Source of the DNA: an uncultured Gammaproteobacteria bacterium
GTDB lineage: Bacteria > Pseudomonadota > Gammaproteobacteria > UBA6429 > Thiohalophilaceae
DNA length: 37,852 nucleotides
Direction of reading: 5' to 3'
Assembly: GCA_965368945.1 (NCBI GenBank)
Contig: CBDUOW010000001.1
Coordinates: forward strand, 1 to 37,852
The position numbers were made by a program, and so were the translations under genes. The notes beneath the pieces were generated by a model, which was not told where the DNA came from, ran no database searches, and was given only the letters and a program-made list of their open reading frames with translations. Positions 9,372 to 18,365 of this stretch are shown here, piece after piece (position 1 is the stretch's first letter; every line of letters starts with the position of its first letter).

Positions 9372-9387
9372 TGTGATGATTTTCACA
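9372..9387 (+). promoter_or_regulatory. Perfect CRP/Vfr-type dyad TGTGA-N6-TCACA upstream of the 9491 gene
   Basis: TGTGA (9372-9376), TGATTT, TCACA (9383-9387), extended to CTGTGA/TCACAG. The centre lies about 111 nt upstream of the ATG at 9491. No TSS is known. Confidence 0.35.
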
Positions 9388-9490
9388 GATGCCAGGTTGA
9401 AAAACACGCTTTACTACGCGCCATATTCCGCTATGAAGAAGCGGGTTTCCTTAAAAGCAATAAACTGTCATAAATGACAGGGAGAACAAC

Positions 9491-10108
9491 ATGAAAAAAC
9501 TGGGATACATAATTATATCAACTGCGCTGATCGTTGGTCCGGTCAGTGCGGAGGAAACAACTGAAGCAACCTCGGTTCTACCCGCAACTGAGCTGACGAA
9601 TACCGTAAATGTAACTACAACTGAACCTGTCCAGTTGGCACAGGAAGCGCAGCTGGAAGCAACCCAGGTCCCATCACAGACCATGGAAACAACTGAACCG
9701 GCTGCAGCAATGGAAGAAAAAAGTGGTTTCAATCCTGGCACAGTGGCTCGCTCTGCCTTCACGTCCTCGATTGAGGATCGTGAGCCTGTGGATACATTGC
9801 AGCAAATGAATGCGATGGATCAAAAGGTATATTTCTTTACGGAATTACGCGACATGGAAGGGCAGACGGCCACCCATCGCTGGGAACTGAATGGTAACGT
9901 CATGGCCGAGGTGGCGTTTGAAGTTAAAGGTTCCCGTTGGCGTGTATGGTCAAGCAAGAACCTGCAGCCGGAATGGACGGGGGAATGGAAGGTCTCCGTT
10001 CTGAATAGTGCTAATGAAGTCATTAGTGAAACCAACCTGAATGTCACATCAGAGACGGGCGCTGAAACTGCACCCGCTACACCCGCACCGGTTGAATCAA
10101 AAATATAG
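9491..10108 (+). CDS. Secreted protein with a Thr/Glu-rich linker and a DUF2914-like C-terminal domain
   Basis: Signal peptide MKKLGYIIISTALIVGPVSAEE and SD GGAGA at 9481-9485. The C-terminal block IEDREPVD...VYFFTELRDMEGQTATHRWELNG...GSRWRVWSSKNL...GEWKVSVLN matches my recollection of DUF2914. Confidence 0.75.
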   Translation: MKKLGYIIISTALIVGPVSAEETTEATSVLPATELTNTVNVTTTEPVQLAQEAQLEATQVPSQTMETTEPAAAMEEKSGFNPGTVARSAFTSSIEDREPVDTLQQMNAMDQKVYFFTELRDMEGQTATHRWELNGNVMAEVAFEVKGSRWRVWSSKNLQPEWTGEWKVSVLNSANEVISETNLNVTSETGAETAPATPAPVESKI

Positions 10109-10135
10109 TCAATTAGATATAATATAAGATTTGTG

Positions 10136-10162
10136 AGCCCCCCTAAGGGGGCTTGCTTTATT
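10136..10162 (+). terminator. Intrinsic terminator after the 9491-10108 gene
   Basis: Stem AGCCCCC (10136-10142) pairs with GGGGGCT (10147-10153) around loop CTAA. It is followed by the T-rich TGCTTTATT. Confidence 0.6.
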
Positions 10163-10433
10163 ATAAAGTATGTACTTGGCTTCTCTGAGTGTTTTGCTCA
10201 GGATGCGATAATTTAATAAGGCGTTTTTGTTTAAGTAATTGAACTGCCTACCTCTTATTATTGAAGTCGATAGTCCGGATAACCCTTCAAACGCTTAACA
10301 TACGTTTGTTTGACTGAGTCTTAATGACAGTAACCTCCCTATCTAAATGGATAGATGCAATTTTTGCAGCGAGTGCTACTGTTAGAGTTAGAAACAGCAA
10401 ATAAGCAGCCCTGAATGTTCAGGGAGGGTAAGC

Positions 10434-10736
10434 ATGTCAGAGGTGAGCACGATGATACAGTCTGTGACTGAGCCGGTTATCGGGCAATGGTATGAAGATA
10501 TCCAGAAACGTAGGTTCGAAGTCGTTGCCGTGGACGATGATTCGGTTGAAATCCAGTATTACGATGGGGATGTCGAAGAAGTTGATATGGAATCCTGGTA
10601 CCTGCTGAATATTGTTACAGCTGCCGAGCCTAATGATGCCTCCGGCCCGTACGATGACCTGGACATGGAAGAGTTCGGGGGTGAGCGAGAAGAAGGCCGG
10701 GCAGGTGACTGGCAGCAAGTGCTGGACGAATTTTAA
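10434..10736 (+). CDS. Small, very acidic cytoplasmic protein (100 aa), function unknown
   Basis: ATG preceded by SD GGAGGG (10423-10428). The D/E-rich sequence has coherent codon usage, and no competing ORF occupies the region. No family confidently recognised. Confidence 0.65.
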   Translation: MSEVSTMIQSVTEPVIGQWYEDIQKRRFEVVAVDDDSVEIQYYDGDVEEVDMESWYLLNIVTAAEPNDASGPYDDLDMEEFGGEREEGRAGDWQQVLDEF

Positions 10737-10778
10737 GCAAAGGACTGAAACTCTTTCGACACAGAAAGCTGGGCTTAA

Positions 10779-12452
10779 TTAATGCTCCAGTTTTTTATAC
10801 TTGATCCGGTGTGGTTGATCGCTGTCATCACCCAGGCGGCGTTTCTTGTCAGCTTCATAATCCGCGTAGTTTCCTTCGAACCAGACTACCTGGCTGTCAC
10901 CTTCAAACGCCAGCATATGGGTGGCGATGCGATCCAGGAACCAGCGATCATGGGATATGACGATCGCACAGCCGGCGAATTCCAGCAGGGCCTCTTCCAG
11001 TGCACGCAGGGTTTCCACGTCCAGGTCATTAGTCGGCTCGTCCAGTAACAATACATTACCGCCACTGCGCAGCAGTTTTGCCAGGTGGACGCGATTACGT
11101 TCCCCGCCGGATAAATCACCAACAAATTTTTGCTGATCGCTCCCCTTGAAATTGAAGCGGCCCACATAGGAACGTGAAGGGACTTCGTATTTCCCGATGG
11201 TGATAATGTCCTGGCCATCGGAAATTTCCTCCCACACGGTTTTCTTGGAATCAAGCGCATCGCGGCTCTGATCCACGTAGGCCAGTTTTACCGTCGGACC
11301 AATGCGCAGTTCACCGCTATCCGGTTGTTCTTCCCCGACGAGCATACGAAACAGCGTAGACTTGCCGGCCCCGTTGGGGCCAATGATCCCGACAATACCA
11401 CCTCGTGGCAGATTGAAACTCATGTTCTCTACCAGCAGCTGATCGCCGAAGCCTTTTTTGATGTCGGTGGCCTCGATCACCAGATCCCCCAGGCGTTCAC
11501 CGGGCGGGATAAATAAATCCTGGGTTTCATTGCGGCGTTGATAATCCTGGGATGCCAGTTCTTCATAACGGTTAAGACGTGATTTGCTCTTGGCATGGCG
11601 ACCCTTGGCGTTGCTGCGCACCCACTCCAGTTCCGCCTTCATGGCCTTGATACGGGCATTCTCCTGTTTTTCCTCGATTTCCAATCGCTGCTCTTTCTGT
11701 TCCAGCCAGGACGAGTAGTTACCCTCCCACGGAATGCCATAACCGCGGTCGAGTTCCAGGATCCAGCCGGCAACGTTATCGAGGAAATAACGATCATGGG
11801 TCACGGCTACGACGGTTCCGGGAAAGTCGTGCAGGAAGCGCTCCAGCCAGGCCACCGATTCCGCATCCAGGTGGTTGGTGGGTTCATCAAGCAACAACAT
11901 ATCCGGGTTGGAAAGCAACAGGCGGCAGAGCGCAACACGACGGCGTTCCCCCCCCGACAGCTTGGTGACATCCGCGTCCCAGGGTGGCAGCCGCAAAGCA
12001 TCAGCCGCGATTTCCAGTTTGCGATCCAGTTCCCAGGCCCCCGCAGCATCAATGGCATCCTGCAGTTTGCCCTGTTCTTCCAGCAGGGTGTTCATTTCAT
12101 CATCAGACATGGGTTCGGCAAACTGCATGCTGATGGCATTAAACCGGTCCACCATACCCTTTATTTCACCAACGCCGTCCTCCACATTGCCGCGAACATC
12201 TTTGCTGGAATCCAGTTCCGGTTCTTGCGACAGGTAGCCGATTTTAATTCCCGGCTGGGGTCGGGCCTCACCGTCATATTCCTTGTCGACCCCGGCCATG
12301 ATGCGTAGCAGGGAAGACTTGCCGGAGCCATTCAGTCCCAATACCCCGATTTTGGCCCCCGGAAAGAAGGACAGGGAAATGTCTTTGAGGATGGTGCGCT
12401 TGGGGGGAACGACCTTGCTCACCTGGTTCATGGTGTAAATGTATTGCGCCAT
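10779..12452 (-). CDS. ettA: ABC-F translational throttle protein EttA
   Basis: Two ABC cassettes (GLNGSGKSS and GPNGAGKST Walker A; [11 protein letters not shown] and [11 protein letters not shown] signatures). The N-terminus [19 protein letters not shown] is typical of EttA, and the start at 12452 gives 557 aa. The ORF stays open for 35 more codons up to an ATG at 12557. Confidence 0.92.
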   Translation of the reverse strand: MAQYIYTMNQVSKVVPPKRTILKDISLSFFPGAKIGVLGLNGSGKSSLLRIMAGVDKEYDGEARPQPGIKIGYLSQEPELDSSKDVRGNVEDGVGEIKGMVDRFNAISMQFAEPMSDDEMNTLLEEQGKLQDAIDAAGAWELDRKLEIAADALRLPPWDADVTKLSGGERRRVALCRLLLSNPDMLLLDEPTNHLDAESVAWLERFLHDFPGTVVAVTHDRYFLDNVAGWILELDRGYGIPWEGNYSSWLEQKEQRLEIEEKQENARIKAMKAELEWVRSNAKGRHAKSKSRLNRYEELASQDYQRRNETQDLFIPPGERLGDLVIEATDIKKGFGDQLLVENMSFNLPRGGIVGIIGPNGAGKSTLFRMLVGEEQPDSGELRIGPTVKLAYVDQSRDALDSKKTVWEEISDGQDIITIGKYEVPSRSYVGRFNFKGSDQQKFVGDLSGGERNRVHLAKLLRSGGNVLLLDEPTNDLDVETLRALEEALLEFAGCAIVISHDRWFLDRIATHMLAFEGDSQVVWFEGNYADYEADKKRRLGDDSDQPHRIKYKKLEH

Positions 12453-12631
12453 AGCGACTGCTGCCTGTACTGGTGAAAGCTGAAAAATTTGCTCGAGAAT
12501 TGTACTGCTTGGCTCGGTTTTTGGGTACCGGTTGGGGCTTTTGTTTTTATCCGCCATTTTCCTTATGCTTGTACTGTATTCCGCGGTTATTATGTTGTTT
12601 GTTAGAATTTACTCGTTAAGAGGACTTCAGT

Positions 12632-13672
12632 ATGACGGTGCAATGCAGTCAAGATACTAACCGGAACGGTTATCGAAGCCTTTTGTTCCTGGGTCTCGCC
12701 CTGGTTTCAGCCTGGGCCGGGTCTGCACCGGCCAAACTTTCCACGGCGGAAGTGCGCGATGTGCAGGCAGCACGAGAGCGGGTGCTGGATGGCTTGATTG
12801 AGGCGGTGAAGCAAGCCACGGTCTCGGCCCAGACCAGCGGACGGGTCATCGAAATCAATTACGATGTGGATGATTATGTGGAGAAGGGCGACATCCTGTT
12901 GCGGTTCCGTGATAAGGAACAACGCGCCAGCTATGATGCTGCCCAGGCGAACTATCAAGAGGCTGAGTCCGACTATAAACGGACGACGGAATTATTTGAG
13001 AAAAAGCTGGTGGCCAGGGCCATGCTGGATAAGGCGGAAGCCCGGCTCAAGGCAATGCGCGCCCAACGGGACCAGGCCAGGGAAAATCTGGAACATACGC
13101 AGGTGCGTGCCCCCTATAGCGGGATTGTAGTGACCCGCCATATCGAAGTGGGGGAAACTGCGGCCGTGGGTCAACGGCTGTTTACCGGCCTGTCGCTCGA
13201 ATCACTGCGCGCGACCGTCAATGTCCCGCAAGACATTATCAATACCATTCGCAGCAAACAGCAGGCCAGGGTCATCATCGATCGTAAAACAGGCAAAAGC
13301 GTGCCGGCCGAATCACTCACTATCAGCCCTTTTGCGGATCCAACCACCCACAGCTTTAGCGTGCGGGTGAATTTGCCCGCCGGGGATTACCACGTCTATC
13401 CGGGCATGTTCGTCAAGGTCGGGTTTGTGCTTGATGAAGTCCAGCAATTGGTTATTCCCGAACGCGCGGTCACTCATCGCAGTGAAGTGAGTGCCGTGTA
13501 TGTGGTGGATGATCAGCAGGGCCTTCACTATCGCCAGGTTCGGGTCGGTCGGCGCTATGGCGATAACGAGGTGGTGATCCTGGCGGGTCTGACCGCAGGT
13601 GAGCGGGTGGCGCTTGATCCCATCAAGGCGGTGGTTCGGTATAAGGAACAACAGGCCGGGGCCAACCAATGA
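12632..13672 (+). CDS. RND efflux periplasmic adaptor (membrane-fusion protein, HlyD family)
   Basis: N-terminal signal/anchor, a coiled-coil hairpin region (ASYDAAQANYQEAESDYKR...AEARLKAMRAQRDQAREN) and the YSGIV beta-barrel motif. The stop overlaps the pump start (ATGA at 13669-13672). Confidence 0.9.
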   Translation: MTVQCSQDTNRNGYRSLLFLGLALVSAWAGSAPAKLSTAEVRDVQAARERVLDGLIEAVKQATVSAQTSGRVIEINYDVDDYVEKGDILLRFRDKEQRASYDAAQANYQEAESDYKRTTELFEKKLVARAMLDKAEARLKAMRAQRDQARENLEHTQVRAPYSGIVVTRHIEVGETAAVGQRLFTGLSLESLRATVNVPQDIINTIRSKQQARVIIDRKTGKSVPAESLTISPFADPTTHSFSVRVNLPAGDYHVYPGMFVKVGFVLDEVQQLVIPERAVTHRSEVSAVYVVDDQQGLHYRQVRVGRRYGDNEVVILAGLTAGERVALDPIKAVVRYKEQQAGANQ

Positions 13673-16600
13673 GCCAACGCCTGGGCATCTCGGGCAGTAC
13701 CGCGCGGGCTTTTTTAACCTCGGAGATCACTCCCCTGTTGGCGCTGGTCGGTTTTTTGCTGGGCGTGTTTGCCGTGATAGTCACGCCACGGGAGGAAGAG
13801 CCCCAGATCAACGTCACCTTCGCGAATGTCTTTATTGCCTTTCCCGGGGCATCTGCCAGGGAAGTGGAAGAACTGGTGACCACACCGGCGGAGCAGATCC
13901 TGTCGGAACTGGAGGGGCTGAAACATGTTTATTCTGTCTCCCGCCCCGGCATGTCGGTACTGACCGTCCAGTTCAAGGTGGGCGAGGATCGAACCCAGGC
14001 CATTGTTCGTTTATACAACGCGCTGTATTCAAAGCAGGATTGGCTGCCGCCGGGTTTGGGCGTCGCGCAACCCTTAATCAAACCCAAAGGCATCGATGAT
14101 GTACCGATAGTCACCTTGACCCTGTGGACGGAAGATGAGGAGCGGGGTGGCTATGAACTCAGCCGGGTAGCTCATGCCCTGGAGGCGGAGCTGAAGCGGG
14201 TCAAGGGCACGCGAGATGTTTATACCCTCGGAGGGCCACAGCAGGTTGTGCAGGTGTTGTTTAACGCCAGTCATCTGGCGGCTTATAACCTGGCGGTGGA
14301 TGATCTGCGTTTTGCCCTGCAGCAAAGCAATGCCACCCGGCCTTCGGGTAACATGGTGGACAATAACCTTGAGGTGCCGGTGCAGGCCGGAGTATTTCTC
14401 AGTACGGTGGAAGAGGTGCAGGACCTGATTGTCAGTGTGCATGATGGCAAGCCGGTTTATTTACGGGATGTGGCGGAAGTAAAGCGGGGTCCGGCTCAAC
14501 CGGAGCAGTATGCCTGGTTCGGGACGGGACCGGGTGCCGCCAGTAAAGGTATCAAGATTCAGGGAGAGTTTCCTGCCGTAACCCTGGCCATTGCCAAGCA
14601 ACCCGGGACCAATGCCGTTGACATCGCCAGGCAGGTGATCGAACGGGTAAGCCAGCTGCAAGGTATTTTTATTCCTGAAAACGTGCATGTCACCGTGACC
14701 CGCAATTACGGGGAAACGGCTGATGCCAAAGCCAAGAAACTGATCGGCAAGCTGATTTTTGCCACCACCTTCGTGGTGTTACTGGTGCTGTTTACCCTGG
14801 GTCGGCGCGAGGCGATGATAGTCGGTCTGGCGGTCATTATCACCCTGGCGATCACCCTGTTTGCCTCCTGGGCCTGGGGATTTACCCTCAACCGGGTCTC
14901 GTTATTTGCGTTGATTTTCTCCATCGGGATCCTGGTGGATGATGCTATCGTGGTGGTGGAGAACATCCATCGTCACATGCAATTGCACCCCGGCAAGCGC
15001 CTGGTGGACATTATCCCGGCTGCCGTTGATGAAGTGGGTGGGCCGACTATCCTGGCAACTTTTACAGTGATTGCGGCCTTACTGCCCATGGCGTTCGTTA
15101 CCGGTCTGATGGGGCCGTACATGAGCCCGATTCCCATCAATGCCAGTATCGGTATGTTGATCTCATTGTTGGTAGCTTTCATGGTGACACCCTGGCTGGC
15201 GAATATCCTGCTTAGTCGGGCAGCCCCCCAGCATGATGAACTGGCCGGGGAGGACAGGTTATATGGCCTGTTCAAACGTTATCTCGGGCCCTACCTGAAT
15301 GCCGATGCGGGTCGGCCAAAACGCCGCAAACTGGCGGGCATTGTGCTGTTACTGATCCTGTTGTCGATAGGTCTGGTGGGCGTCAAATTGGTGGTACTCA
15401 AGATGCTGCCGTTTGATAACAAGTCCGAATTCCAGGTGGTGGTCGATATGCCGGAAGGCACCAGTCTGGAGCAGACGGCGCGAGTCCTGAACGAACTGGG
15501 GAACTACCTGGCCACGGTACCTGAAGTCACCGACTATCAGGCCTATGCGGGAAGTGCCTCACCCATTAATTTCAATGGCCTGGTCAGGCAATATTACTTA
15601 CGCAGTGGCGCCAATGTGGGCGACATCCAGGTGAACCTGCTCCCCAAAAGCGAACGGGATCGGAAAAGCCATGAGATTGCGCTGGCGGTGCGTGAGCCCT
15701 TGCAGCAAATCGGGCACCAGTTTGATGCCAATATCAAAATTGTCGAGGTCCCGCCCGGTCCCCCGGTGCAAGCTCCGCTGGTGGCTGAAATCTATGGTCT
15801 GGATTATGACGGGCAATTGGCGGTGGCCAAATCGGTTCGACAAGTATTCGAACGTACCGCGGATGTGGTCGATGTGGATGACAGCACCGAGGCTGATGCG
15901 CCCAAATTGATCGTGGCCGTCGATCAACAAAAGGCCGCATTACTGGGTGTTAGCCAGCAGTCCGTTGTGGAAGCCTTATCTACCGCACTCAGTGGCGCGG
16001 ATTTAAGCTATTTGCATGCCGGTAATATGAAATACCCGCTACCGATACGGCTGGAATTCAAGCCAGGGGATAAGGCGCGGATCGATGAGTTACTGTCATT
16101 GAAGGTACGTGGCAAGGATGATGCGTTAGTGCCGGTGGCGGAAGTCGTCAGGCTGGTGGAAACCCGGCGTGAACACGCCATTTACCATAAGGACCTGTTG
16201 CCGATGACGTTTGTTACCGGTGACATGGCGGGTCACCTGGATAGCCCGCTTTACGCTATGTTTGATATCTATGCTGACCTGAAGAAAACCCCCTTGGTCA
16301 ATGACACCGTCATCGAGCAGACGTTGATTAATCCGCCGGCGAACCCCTATCGCTACAGCATGAAATGGGATGGGGAATGGCAGGTTACCTACGAAACTTT
16401 CCGCGACATGGGGATTGCCTATTCGGTGGGGTTATTGCTGATTTACCTGCTGGTGGTGGGGCAGTTTCGCTCTTACCTGGTGCCCTTGATCATCATGGCC
16501 CCGATTCCCTTGACCGTTATCGGGGTCATGCCGGGTCATGCCCTGTGGGGTGCCCAATTCACTGCAACCTCGATGATCGGCATGATTGCCCTGGCAGGGA

Positions 16601-16911
16601 TCATTGTGCGCAACTCCATTCTGCTGGTGGATTTCATCAACCAGCAGCTGGATGAGGGGGTGGCGTTTGAGGAGGCGGTGATCCGCTCCGGGGCGGTGCG
16701 GGCCAAGCCCATCGCTCTCACGGGTTTCGCCGCCATGCTCGGCGCCCTGTTCATCCTGGATGATCCCATTTTCAATGGCCTGGCCATTTCATTGATCTTC
16801 GGGATTCTGGTCTCCACCCTGCTGACACTCGTTGTGATTCCGGTGATGTACTACGCCTTTATGTACCGCCGGCTGGGGGGTAAACAGGCCAGCCTCATCC
16901 CCGACGCCTGA
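13669..16911 (+). CDS. RND efflux permease (AcrB/AcrD/AcrF superfamily), 1080 aa
   Basis: 12-TM architecture with two large periplasmic loops. Conserved TM4 region GILVDDAIVVVENI and TM10 region GIIVRNSILLVDF. Translationally coupled to the adaptor gene. Confidence 0.93.
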   Translation: MSQRLGISGSTARAFLTSEITPLLALVGFLLGVFAVIVTPREEEPQINVTFANVFIAFPGASAREVEELVTTPAEQILSELEGLKHVYSVSRPGMSVLTVQFKVGEDRTQAIVRLYNALYSKQDWLPPGLGVAQPLIKPKGIDDVPIVTLTLWTEDEERGGYELSRVAHALEAELKRVKGTRDVYTLGGPQQVVQVLFNASHLAAYNLAVDDLRFALQQSNATRPSGNMVDNNLEVPVQAGVFLSTVEEVQDLIVSVHDGKPVYLRDVAEVKRGPAQPEQYAWFGTGPGAASKGIKIQGEFPAVTLAIAKQPGTNAVDIARQVIERVSQLQGIFIPENVHVTVTRNYGETADAKAKKLIGKLIFATTFVVLLVLFTLGRREAMIVGLAVIITLAITLFASWAWGFTLNRVSLFALIFSIGILVDDAIVVVENIHRHMQLHPGKRLVDIIPAAVDEVGGPTILATFTVIAALLPMAFVTGLMGPYMSPIPINASIGMLISLLVAFMVTPWLANILLSRAAPQHDELAGEDRLYGLFKRYLGPYLNADAGRPKRRKLAGIVLLLILLSIGLVGVKLVVLKMLPFDNKSEFQVVVDMPEGTSLEQTARVLNELGNYLATVPEVTDYQAYAGSASPINFNGLVRQYYLRSGANVGDIQVNLLPKSERDRKSHEIALAVREPLQQIGHQFDANIKIVEVPPGPPVQAPLVAEIYGLDYDGQLAVAKSVRQVFERTADVVDVDDSTEADAPKLIVAVDQQKAALLGVSQQSVVEALSTALSGADLSYLHAGNMKYPLPIRLEFKPGDKARIDELLSLKVRGKDDALVPVAEVVRLVETRREHAIYHKDLLPMTFVTGDMAGHLDSPLYAMFDIYADLKKTPLVNDTVIEQTLINPPANPYRYSMKWDGEWQVTYETFRDMGIAYSVGLLLIYLLVVGQFRSYLVPLIIMAPIPLTVIGVMPGHALWGAQFTATSMIGMIALAGIIVRNSILLVDFINQQLDEGVAFEEAVIRSGAVRAKPIALTGFAAMLGALFILDDPIFNGLAISLIFGILVSTLLTLVVIPVMYYAFMYRRLGGKQASLIPDA

Positions 16912-17054
16912 TAAGAAACTCGAGTAGGTTTTAAGCCTATTAATTCTATTTATGTTTTCCACAAGACTTGTTACTATTCCGCCCTTAGTTTTGCCGATGT
17001 ATCCATACAGAAAAATAATCAGGCCACCATGGTCAGCGGAGATTGGAAAAGGTA

Positions 17055-17969
17055 ATGGCAGACAGACGATTACAGGTATTTCAGACCGTTGCGCGCTTAC
17101 TCAGTTTTACCAAGGCGGCGGAAGAACTGCACATGACCCAACCGGCGGTCACCTTCCAGGTTCGGCAACTGGAAGAGCAATTCAACACCCGCCTGTTCGA
17201 CCGAACCCATAATCGCATCAGTCTCACCGATGCCGGTAAGCGTGTGCATGAATGCGCCGGGCGCATCTTCGAGTTGTATGCGGAAATGGACAATTCGGTA
17301 CGCGAATTGACCGGCGATATCAGCGGTGTTTTGATTCTGGGAGCCAGCACCACTATCGCCGAATATATGTTGCCCGTTCTGCTCGGCGACTTCAAAACCA
17401 AGTATCCCGATATCACCATTCGTCTAAAAGTCGCCAATACTGACGGCATTGTTTCCCAGGTGGAAAACAACACCATCGATCTTGGCGTGGTGGAAGCGCC
17501 TGTCAATAACAAGAACCTGGTGGTTGAGAAGTGTCGAACCGATCACCTGGTACTTATTGTGCCACCGGGACATGAACTGGCGAAGGAAGCTGTAGTGCCG
17601 ATTCAGCGCGTGGCTGATTATCCCTTCATATGCCGGGAAGAAGGCTCAGGGACCCGGGAAGTGATGATCGAGAGTATGCATGAGGCCGGTGTAAGTACGG
17701 CTGACCTGAACATCGCAATGGAACTGGGCAGCCTGGAAGCGATTAAGGGAGCGGTGGAATCGGGTATGGGAGTATCGATTCTGTCCAATGCCACAATTCA
17801 AAAGGAACTCAAACTGGGAACTCTCGTTGCCGTCCAACTCGAGCCGCCGATTGATCGACCCTTCTCGTTCGTGCACCAGAAACAGAAATTCCGCGTGCGA
17901 GCGATGGATGAGCTGTTGAGCTTTGCCCGTAACTACTGTCGTTCGCACCAGGATGAACCACTAGGTTAG
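17055..17969 (+). CDS. LysR-family transcriptional regulator
   Basis: N-terminal wHTH (LQVFQTVARLLSFTKAAEELHMTQPAVTFQVRQLEEQFNTRLFDR) plus a LysR substrate-binding domain. ATG at 17055 is preferred over the in-frame TTG at 17043. Confidence 0.9.
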   Translation: MADRRLQVFQTVARLLSFTKAAEELHMTQPAVTFQVRQLEEQFNTRLFDRTHNRISLTDAGKRVHECAGRIFELYAEMDNSVRELTGDISGVLILGASTTIAEYMLPVLLGDFKTKYPDITIRLKVANTDGIVSQVENNTIDLGVVEAPVNNKNLVVEKCRTDHLVLIVPPGHELAKEAVVPIQRVADYPFICREEGSGTREVMIESMHEAGVSTADLNIAMELGSLEAIKGAVESGMGVSILSNATIQKELKLGTLVAVQLEPPIDRPFSFVHQKQKFRVRAMDELLSFARNYCRSHQDEPLG

Positions 17970-17999
17970 TTAACTGCCGCTGATGGAGAATCCACGCTC

Positions 18000-18365
18000 T
18001 TGAACAAGAGTGAAAAACAATTATTGAATCTATATCGCGACTTACCGAAGGCCGCGCGTAATAACTTGCTGGATTTTGCCGCTTTTCTTGCGGAACGGTA
18101 TCCACCCCAGACACTAGTCGCGAAGGAACCATTGGAAATTCCACGCCCAACGGAAGAGTCGGTGATTGCCGCAGTCAAACGCCTTTCAGCGACATACCCG
18201 ATGCTGAACAAGGATACCATGTTGCATGACACTTCCGCCCTGGTTACGCAACACCTGATACAGGGTCGGGATGCCATGGTTGTGATTGATGAGCTGGAGA
18301 ACATATTCCGCCAGGGCTATGAGTCCATGCAGAATGATGACCCAGGACAAGACAGCGATGCTTGA
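18000..18365 (+). CDS. Hypothetical 121-aa protein (TTG start), translationally coupled to perM
   Basis: It is the only long ORF filling the LysR-perM gap. The N-terminal helix LPKAARNNLLDFAAFLAE resembles the DUF2281-type motif. Its stop TGA (18363-18365) overlaps the perM ATG (18358) in the string ATGCTTGA. The non-ATG start lowers confidence. Confidence 0.55.
   Translation: MNKSEKQLLNLYRDLPKAARNNLLDFAAFLAERYPPQTLVAKEPLEIPRPTEESVIAAVKRLSATYPMLNKDTMLHDTSALVTQHLIQGRDAMVVIDELENIFRQGYESMQNDDPGQDSDA

Noticed and set aside
12453-12557. A 35-codon in-frame N-terminal extension of ettA ([18 protein letters not shown]...), starting at an ATG that has an AAGGAA just upstream.
   Set aside because: EttA orthologues as I know them begin at the MAQYIYTM-type N-terminus, which gives the canonical length of about 555 aa. 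The extension has no recognisable function. It is not fully excluded because of the SD-like sequence, and it is flagged within the TGTACTG finding.
12570-12590. CTGTAT in the third TGTACTG copy resembles half of a LexA SOS box (CTGT-N8-ACAG).
   Set aside because: The required ACAG partner 8 nt downstream is absent (the sequence reads CTGTATTCCGCGGTTA).
16925-16939. Imperfect dyad TAGGTTT-T-AAGCCTA downstream of the RND pump gene and upstream of the LysR gene, considered as a LysR T-N11-A box or a terminator.
   Set aside because: The arms carry one mismatch, the stem is AT-rich, and it does not fit T-N11-A. No supporting second site was found.
18000-18365. The 121-aa protein with a DUF2281-like N-terminal motif as an antitoxin of a toxin-antitoxin pair.
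   Set aside because: Its downstream partner is a 10-12 TM AI-2E permease, not a toxin fold. PhoH2 is on the opposite strand. There is no mobile-element context.
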